Part shown: in pieces, positions 58,927-64,000 of the stretch | Position numbering within the stretch: the stretch's first letter is position 1 | Layout: each line of letters begins with the position of its first letter | Assembly: GCA_963735805.1 (NCBI GenBank) | Contig: CAVTMK010000002.1 | Coordinates: 64,001-128,000, forward strand | Length of the DNA stretch: 64,000 nt | Direction of reading: 5' to 3' | From: an uncultured Verrucomicrobiae bacterium | GTDB lineage: Bacteria; Verrucomicrobiota; Verrucomicrobiia; Chthoniobacterales; UBA10450 | Position numbers and translations under genes: made by a program | Notes under the pieces: model-generated | The model's input: the letters and a program-made list of their open reading frames with translations, nothing else | The model's database searches: none | What the model was told of the DNA's origin: nothing

Positions 58927-59986
58927 CAGGGAGACCGACTCCGGCAACGTAAAGTACCGACTCGCGGATCCCATCTATCCCCAGGTCCTTTTCGATTTGT
59001 GTGTCCTGCAGCGCCGCCGTGCAAAATGGAGCAAGCCCCAACCAGGTTGCTACCAGACAGAACGTCTGGCACAGGTGCCCCGCATCTAGGAGCACGACGC
59101 GATAAGCCCGAGGGTGGTGATACTTCCACATGGTACGCGGAAACACTGCCGTCATTAAAAATAAAGCAGCCGCTTTTCTGACGAAGTGTTGGCGTGCACA
59201 GTACAGCCATGCCTTTTCGTGTGAGGCGTTCGTGCTGATCGTCTCCAGACGGTGCGCTAACGGATGGTAGTGGTACAGACCTGCTTTCAGACCGTTGACG
59301 CGCAACGCCATTAAATACACTTCGCCCGCGTGCCGGGCACCACCCGACGGGCTGGTTTTATGAAATAACCTCCCAAACCGGGGAGAGTCCCGATAACCGG
59401 TAACACCCCAAACCAGTGAGAGAAGTTGGGATACGGTTTCAAGTGGCACTTTTTTATTCGAGAATCGCCGATAAGTCTTTCTTGCCATCAATACTCGGAC
59501 AAACTCGGAGTCTGGAAAAACGCGCTGTGGTAGCGATTTTCTTTTGGCGCCTCTGACAGTCTGGGAAAATTTAGGCTGCGGTGTCTTCGGTGCGATCGAT
59601 TTCAGCCTGCTGAGACTCCAATTAGTCCGGTCCAGGTACGGTGTATTCTTTGTGGAGAAATGGAAACTTCCTTCAGGCAGCCACGAGGCCCATGCCTGTG
59701 CGATCCGACTGTCGTGCTCTGCTTGGGGGGAGCCTTTCCGAAGGATCAGCCCATATCGGAGCAACTGAGAAAGCGCGGAACGCACACTCGCCTGGGTGTA
59801 ATCGGCAAAATGAGCGAATGTTTCCCGGGACGTTCGCCAACTGTCAAAGAACGAAAGAACTTCGCACGTAATCGGCTTCCCTAAGACGGTCAGACGTTTG
59901 GCGAAATTGTGAAAATGCAGCTGACCGTTCTGCCAGTAAACGAACAAGCACCTGGCTCGTCGTAAGGGGATCGTTTGCTCCCGCAT
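58901..59986 (-). CDS. SagB/ThcOx-type FMN-dependent peptide dehydrogenase with N-terminal RRE-like domain
   Basis: ARKTYRRF, KTSPSGGARH..EVY, GLYHY, MWKY (Lys-Tyr), YR..LLDAGHL.QT; N-terminal 3-strand/3-helix pattern. Confidence 0.88.
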   Translation of the reverse strand: MREQTIPLRRARCLFVYWQNGQLHFHNFAKRLTVLGKPITCEVLSFFDSWRTSRETFAHFADYTQASVRSALSQLLRYGLILRKGSPQAEHDSRIAQAWASWLPEGSFHFSTKNTPYLDRTNWSLSRLKSIAPKTPQPKFSQTVRGAKRKSLPQRVFPDSEFVRVLMARKTYRRFSNKKVPLETVSQLLSLVWGVTGYRDSPRFGRLFHKTSPSGGARHAGEVYLMALRVNGLKAGLYHYHPLAHRLETISTNASHEKAWLYCARQHFVRKAAALFLMTAVFPRTMWKYHHPRAYRVVLLDAGHLCQTFCLVATWLGLAPFCTAALQDTQIEKDLGIDGIRESVLYVAGVGLPVTAAREKR

Positions 59987-60041
59987 TCGTTTCGATTGAC
60001 GCAATAGAGCTACAGCAAAGCACTAAACTCGTCGTACAACT

Positions 60042-60218
60042 TCACTTCACATGATGCGGATCGCCAGCGATTTGACGAAGACACTCTTCAGCCTCGCACA
60101 CCAGCTTTGAAAGATCTTTTAATGGAGCTCGCTTAGCTTTCTCAAGATCCTTCAGAGCTTTTTTTGCGAGCGCGGTAATTTTCAACTTATTTTTACAAGA
60201 TTTTATATGCTTAGGCAC
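60042..60218 (-). CDS. Putative RiPP precursor peptide (58 aa, ends CEAEECLRQIAGDPHHVK)
   Basis: GTG start 7 nt after perfect AGGAGGT; directly upstream of and co-oriented with the RRE-SagB gene. Confidence 0.65.
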   Translation of the reverse strand: MPKHIKSCKNKLKITALAKKALKDLEKAKRAPLKDLSKLVCEAEECLRQIAGDPHHVK

Positions 60219-60243
60219 GGTTGTTACCTCCTGTCCGAGCAAC

Positions 60244-60314
60244 GAAGCTACTCTGGATATCCAGTGCTTCAGAGCTATTCTTGCAGCGTAATCGGTGAGC
60301 TAATTGAATGTCAA
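60244..60314 (-). promoter_or_regulatory. Promoter plus palindrome upstream of the peptide gene
   Basis: TTGACA-N18-TACGCT; perfect palindrome CTGGATATCCAG (60253-60264) inside a GAAGC...GCTTC stem. Confidence 0.55.
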
Positions 60315-60413
60315 CATCCATGCTCTTTCACTCAACAATTAATCGCCGCTTTCCATGGATCGCGCCTAACGAAACGAGTCTTGCTCTCAACGACAGTGCG
60401 CTAACCTTGCCAG

Positions 60414-60794
60414 ATGCCTAACGAACCAAATCCACTTTCCGATCGGATTCATATCGAGCAGCTCGAGATTTCTACTCGGATCGGCGTTCCGGAGAAGGAA
60501 CGTTCCACCCCCCAACGAGTAACGGTCAGTATTTCTTTCTGGCCGTATCACGACCAGCGGGACATGGCCGATAAGATCGACAACGCAGTCAATTACTCGA
60601 TTGTTGCTGAAGAAACGAAGAATTTTGTGAGGGATCAAACGACCAGTCTGATCGAGACGCTGGCCGATCGATTGGCAACGCACTTGCTGAAAACTTTCCG
60701 CATTCAAATGGTCACAGTCGAGCTGCGAAAATTTCCTTTGGAAGACGCCAAACACGTCTCTGTAACTGTAACGCGAACTGCGTCGGTGGGTTGA
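60414..60794 (+). CDS. folB: Dihydroneopterin aldolase
   Basis: IGV..ER..PQ, VNYS.V, LIETLA, VELRK. Confidence 0.88.
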   Translation: MPNEPNPLSDRIHIEQLEISTRIGVPEKERSTPQRVTVSISFWPYHDQRDMADKIDNAVNYSIVAEETKNFVRDQTTSLIETLADRLATHLLKTFRIQMVTVELRKFPLEDAKHVSVTVTRTASVG

Positions 60795-60864
60795 CAGTGC
60801 GAAAAAGAGCGATTCGATAAATCCGGCAATTGCCGCTGAGGAGACCGGCCACTACACTTCTGTC

Positions 60865-61443
60865 GTGATACAAGACAGCTGGGAAACCGTGTCGAGCGAG
60901 CCGCATTTCGCCAATGCGCATCTTCAAGTTGTGACCGACCATGTGCGAACGCCCTTGCGTTCGCTCCCACGGACTTGGACCATTGTGCACCGTAAAGCCG
61001 CCGTGATCATTGCGCCGGTGACACGGGACGACAGAATCGTTCTCATTCGCCAGGAACGCATTCCCATTCGTGTAGCAATTTGGGAAATGCCGTCGGGCCA
61101 GATTGACCGCCCCGCTCAGGAAACCGCTGAGCAAGTCGCCCTGCGCGAGCTTCGCGAAGAAGCGGGTTACGAGCTTGCCAGGGATGGCCAACTTATCGCG
61201 CTGGGTTATTACTTTACCTCACCCGGCTTCACCGACGAACGCGGTCATTTCTTTTTGGCGCGCCCGGTGGAGCGGTGCTCGAACTATGTGCCAGACGAAT
61301 CGGAATCGATTTTGGATTGCCGTGCCTTCACTATTGATGAAATTCGCCGCATGATCGCCGAGAACGAGATTTGTGATGCCAACACGCTGAGTTTGTGGAC
61401 GCGACTGTCAGCGCGCGACCTGCTTCCAGTTAAAAAGCGCTGA
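60865..61443 (+). CDS. NUDIX hydrolase (ADP-ribose pyrophosphatase-like)
   Basis: LIRQ.R, WEMPSG...ALRELREEAGY, SPGFTDE. Confidence 0.9.
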   Translation: MIQDSWETVSSEPHFANAHLQVVTDHVRTPLRSLPRTWTIVHRKAAVIIAPVTRDDRIVLIRQERIPIRVAIWEMPSGQIDRPAQETAEQVALRELREEAGYELARDGQLIALGYYFTSPGFTDERGHFFLARPVERCSNYVPDESESILDCRAFTIDEIRRMIAENEICDANTLSLWTRLSARDLLPVKKR

Positions 61444-61472
61444 TCGCTCGTAATTTGATTATTGGCGGTCGC

Positions 61473-61507
61473 TTCGAATTTCGGTATTCGGATTTCGGAT
61501 TTTGATC
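61473..61507 (+). repeat. Heptamer tandem repeat (TTCGGAT family)
   Basis: ttcgaat ttcggta ttcggat ttcggat tttgatc. Confidence 0.7.
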
Positions 61508-61509
61508 TG

Positions 61510-62292
61510 ATGACCCTGCGAGACATTTTCAAATTTCGCGAAGCGCCGACGACCGAAACGTCCAAGCCGTTCCTGGAGCACCTGGAAGACTTGCGGTGGA
61601 CGATTGTGAAGATGGCAATCACGCTCGCTGCGGCGATGATTGTTTGCTTCGCATTTCGCTCGACTCTGGTGCGGATATTGCAGGCGCCGCTACGCGATGT
61701 CGGATCGCAAATCGGAACGCTGAAAGCGCTAGGCATTACAGATTCGATCGTGATCTCGTTTCATCTGGCGTTTTACGCCGGCATCGTTCTCTCTTTTCCG
61801 CTGCTGCTTTATTTCATTGCGGAATTTGTTCTTCCTGCGCTTACCGCCGTGGAAAAGCGCTTCTTGCTTCCAGCTATAATAGTCAGCTTCGCGCTATTTC
61901 TTCTTGGTGTATCCGTCTGCTATTTTTGGTTGCTGCCCAAAACGATTCTCTTTTTCTTCCGGGACACGGAGTCGCTCGGCTGGGCGCCCACCTGGACGGT
62001 GCAACAATATTATTCGTTCGTAACGCGCTTCACGATCGGCTTCGGGTTGGCTTTCGAATTGCCGGTGGTAGTCCTGGCGCTGGTTCGATTTGGATTGATC
62101 ACCTACCGCTTCATGGCGCGTACACGACCTTACGCCTTGGTCCTGATCTTTATCCTGGCGACGATCATCACGCCCACACCAGACATCCTGACCCTGATCG
62201 CAATGGCGCTCCCGATGTGCCTGCTGTACGAAAGCTGTATCTGGATTGCATGGTTAATGGAGCGCCGCAAGGCACGATCAATTGCCGAATAA
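61510..62292 (+). CDS. tatC: Twin-arginine translocase subunit TatC
   Basis: PFLEHLEDLR, FVLPAL...EKR, GLAFELP, IITPTPD, LLYE. Confidence 0.94.
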   Translation: MTLRDIFKFREAPTTETSKPFLEHLEDLRWTIVKMAITLAAAMIVCFAFRSTLVRILQAPLRDVGSQIGTLKALGITDSIVISFHLAFYAGIVLSFPLLLYFIAEFVLPALTAVEKRFLLPAIIVSFALFLLGVSVCYFWLLPKTILFFFRDTESLGWAPTWTVQQYYSFVTRFTIGFGLAFELPVVVLALVRFGLITYRFMARTRPYALVLIFILATIITPTPDILTLIAMALPMCLLYESCIWIAWLMERRKARSIAE

Positions 62293-62297
62293 TCTGC

Positions 62298-63392
62298 GTG
62301 GATCATCCCGGTTACAAATTTCTCTTTAACGCGTTCGCCTTTGTGCTCGGTGCGGCGGTCGGATCGTTTTTGAACGTCTGCATTTATCGCTGGCCTGCCG
62401 ATCTTTCGATTAACAAGCCGCGCCGCTCTTTCTGTCCAGCCTGCAAACAGGCGATCCCATGGCACCAGAATCTGCCCTTGATCAGTTGGATTTTGCTCGG
62501 CGGTCGCTGCGCAAATTGCGGCGCGAAAATAGCCTTTCGCTATTTCGCGGTGGAACTGATCACCGCACTCCTTTTTCTTGCGATCTGGCAAAGCTTTCCG
62601 TGGCAGACCGCAATTTCGTACTGGATTTTCGTTTCGCTTCTGATCGTTGGAACGTTTATCGATCTCGAACATTTTATCATTCCAGATCGTGTTACCATTG
62701 GGGGAATTGTTGCGGGCGTGGTTTGCAGCGTAGCGGTGCCAGCTTTGATGGAGACGGATTCGCGGATCGCAGCATGCGTTCGCTCACTTCTTGCCGCGGC
62801 GCTTGGTTACGTAATCTTGTGGATTGTTCTTGAGGTGGGCAAAGTCGCCTTTGGAAGAAAGAGGATTCAATTCGACGCCCCAACAACGTTCACGTGGACG
62901 AAACGCGGAGACGACGCCGATTTTATCGTCGGCGCCGAGGAAAGCCTGTGGAGCGATTATTTTGCCCGGGAAAAAGATCGCTTATTGCTTGATTGTGATG
63001 AGGTCGTGGTCGACCACCGCCCTTATGGGAACGTGACCCTGGACTTCCGGTATGATCGCGTCACGGCTGAAGGACAGGTGACGATGCTGGACGATGTGAC
63101 GCAGATTTCCGGCGTGACGCGTGAACTTGTGATTCCTCGCGAGGCAATGGGCCGGGGCGACTTAAAGTTCCTCGCTGCGATTGGCGCGTTCCTTGGCTGG
63201 CGTGCGGTGCTGTTTAGTCTCTTCGCGGGATCGCTGGTTGGTTCGGTTGTCGGCCTGATCACGCTCCTCATCGGAAAACGGGTTTGGTCAGCCAAGCTGC
63301 CCTTTGGGCCTTACCTGGCGTTCGGTGCGCTAAGCTGGATGTTTTTTGGCGAAGTTTTTCTGAATTGGTACGCACGACTGCTGAGTCCCTAA
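62298..63392 (+). CDS. pilD: Prepilin peptidase (A24) with internal soluble insertion
   Basis: GSFLNVCIYR, SFCPAC, RCANC, IDLEH..IPD, MGRGD.K, PFGPYL. Confidence 0.9.
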   Translation: MDHPGYKFLFNAFAFVLGAAVGSFLNVCIYRWPADLSINKPRRSFCPACKQAIPWHQNLPLISWILLGGRCANCGAKIAFRYFAVELITALLFLAIWQSFPWQTAISYWIFVSLLIVGTFIDLEHFIIPDRVTIGGIVAGVVCSVAVPALMETDSRIAACVRSLLAAALGYVILWIVLEVGKVAFGRKRIQFDAPTTFTWTKRGDDADFIVGAEESLWSDYFAREKDRLLLDCDEVVVDHRPYGNVTLDFRYDRVTAEGQVTMLDDVTQISGVTRELVIPREAMGRGDLKFLAAIGAFLGWRAVLFSLFAGSLVGSVVGLITLLIGKRVWSAKLPFGPYLAFGALSWMFFGEVFLNWYARLLSP

Positions 63393-63422
63393 GTCATATG
63401 GAAGCGCACAGCGCGACCGCCA

Positions 63423-63452
63423 AATCCTACTCCTATTCCTAATCCTCTTCTT
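63423..63452 (+). repeat. Hexamer tandem repeat upstream of the four-helix-bundle gene
   Basis: aatcct actcct attcct aatcct cttctt. Confidence 0.7.
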
Positions 63453-63455
63453 CCG

Positions 63456-63955
63456 ATGCACACGTTGCTTGATCACGAAAAGCTGGAAGTTTATCAAACC
63501 TCGCTTGAGTTCATCACATGGACCGTCCATTTGTTGGAAGACTTGCCCGGGAAGGCTGCCGTTCGCAACCAGCTTGATCGTGCCTCGACGTCGGTTCCCT
63601 TGAACATTGCTGAGGGAAACGGGAAGTTCACGTCTCTCGATCGCTGTCGATTCTTCGATAACGCGCGCGGTTCCGCGCTGGAATCAGCCGGGTGTCTCGA
63701 TGTGATAGTCGCAAAAAAGTTCGTTAGTGCGACTGAAGTGCAAGTGGTAAGGCAATGCTCGTGAAAATTGTGTTAATGCTATTCGGACTGATTCGGGCAA
63801 ATTCTGACGTGCGGATTTTCGAAGAGCCAAGTCGCTATCGCCGCGCAATGTCACAGAAAAAGGAAGGTAAGAGCAGGAATAAGAATACGAATAGGAGGTC
63901 GGATCCAATCACCACTGAATTGCGCGCGTGCGGGTTGCGCTTCAAAGGTTGGTAA
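63456..63955 (+). pseudogene. Four-helix-bundle protein (23S rRNA IVS/Avd-like), frameshifted
   Basis: HEKLEVYQ, QLDRASTSVPLNIAEG, ARGSALE; final helix GKAMLVKIVLMLFGLIR lies in another frame near 63745. Confidence 0.8.
63869..63898 (-). repeat. Inverted hexamer tandem repeat at the 3' end of the four-helix-bundle gene
   Basis: aagagc aggaat aagaat acgaat aggagg. Confidence 0.7.
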
Positions 63956-64000
63956 CCTCGTCGAAAATGATCTTCATCAACACGCGCTTGATTTTTCCTG
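63942..64000 (-). CDS. Possible 3' end of a gene entering from the right edge
   Basis: ...GKIKRVLMKIIFDEVTNL* looks protein-like; too short to identify. Confidence 0.35.
   Translation of the reverse strand, partial: GKIKRVLMKIIFDEVTNL

Noticed and set aside
61596..62297. 598-aa ORF suggesting a long N-terminal extension of prepilin peptidase
   Set aside because: The upstream part overlaps tatC in another frame and is not protein-like; the real start is probably GTG at 62298
1..64000. CRISPR array, rRNA, integrase or IS transposase
   Set aside because: No regularly spaced repeat-spacer array and no recognisable rRNA, recombinase or transposase motifs

Overview
GC-rich, gene-dense bacterial chromosome segment. 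The gene repertoire (UBact-proteasome, cyclase-TolB-TPR protein, BamA/Skp, futalosine-pathway MqnC, DUF4032-like small protein) suggests a soil Verrucomicrobiota/Chthoniobacterales-like organism; this is inference, not a database result. Most of the window is housekeeping or ordinary accessory genes: pyrR-pyrB-pyrC, purD, rnc, thiD, folB, tatC, prepilin peptidase, bamA-skp, mqnC, sodC, tRNA-Thr(CGT) and base-excision repair genes. No CRISPR array, rRNA, integrase or transposase was seen. Five things stand out. (1) A compact candidate RiPP locus at about 58.9-60.3 kb: a 58-aa AT-rich peptide gene with its own promoter, palindrome and perfect Shine-Dalgarno, followed by an RRE-fused SagB-type flavin dehydrogenase, with no YcaO cyclodehydratase in the window and a nucleotidyl-cyclase/TPR gene converging on it. 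(2) A UBact(Gln)-proteasome beta-alpha operon without a neighbouring ligase, deamidase or ATPase, apparently running into cell-wall genes. (3) A REP-like repeat family that flanks a decayed GIY-YIG nuclease and has entered a protein-coding gene in frame. (4) A split IcmF-like mutase system. (5) Unannotated small ORFs and pseudogene scars. Several start codons were re-picked by eye and are approximate.
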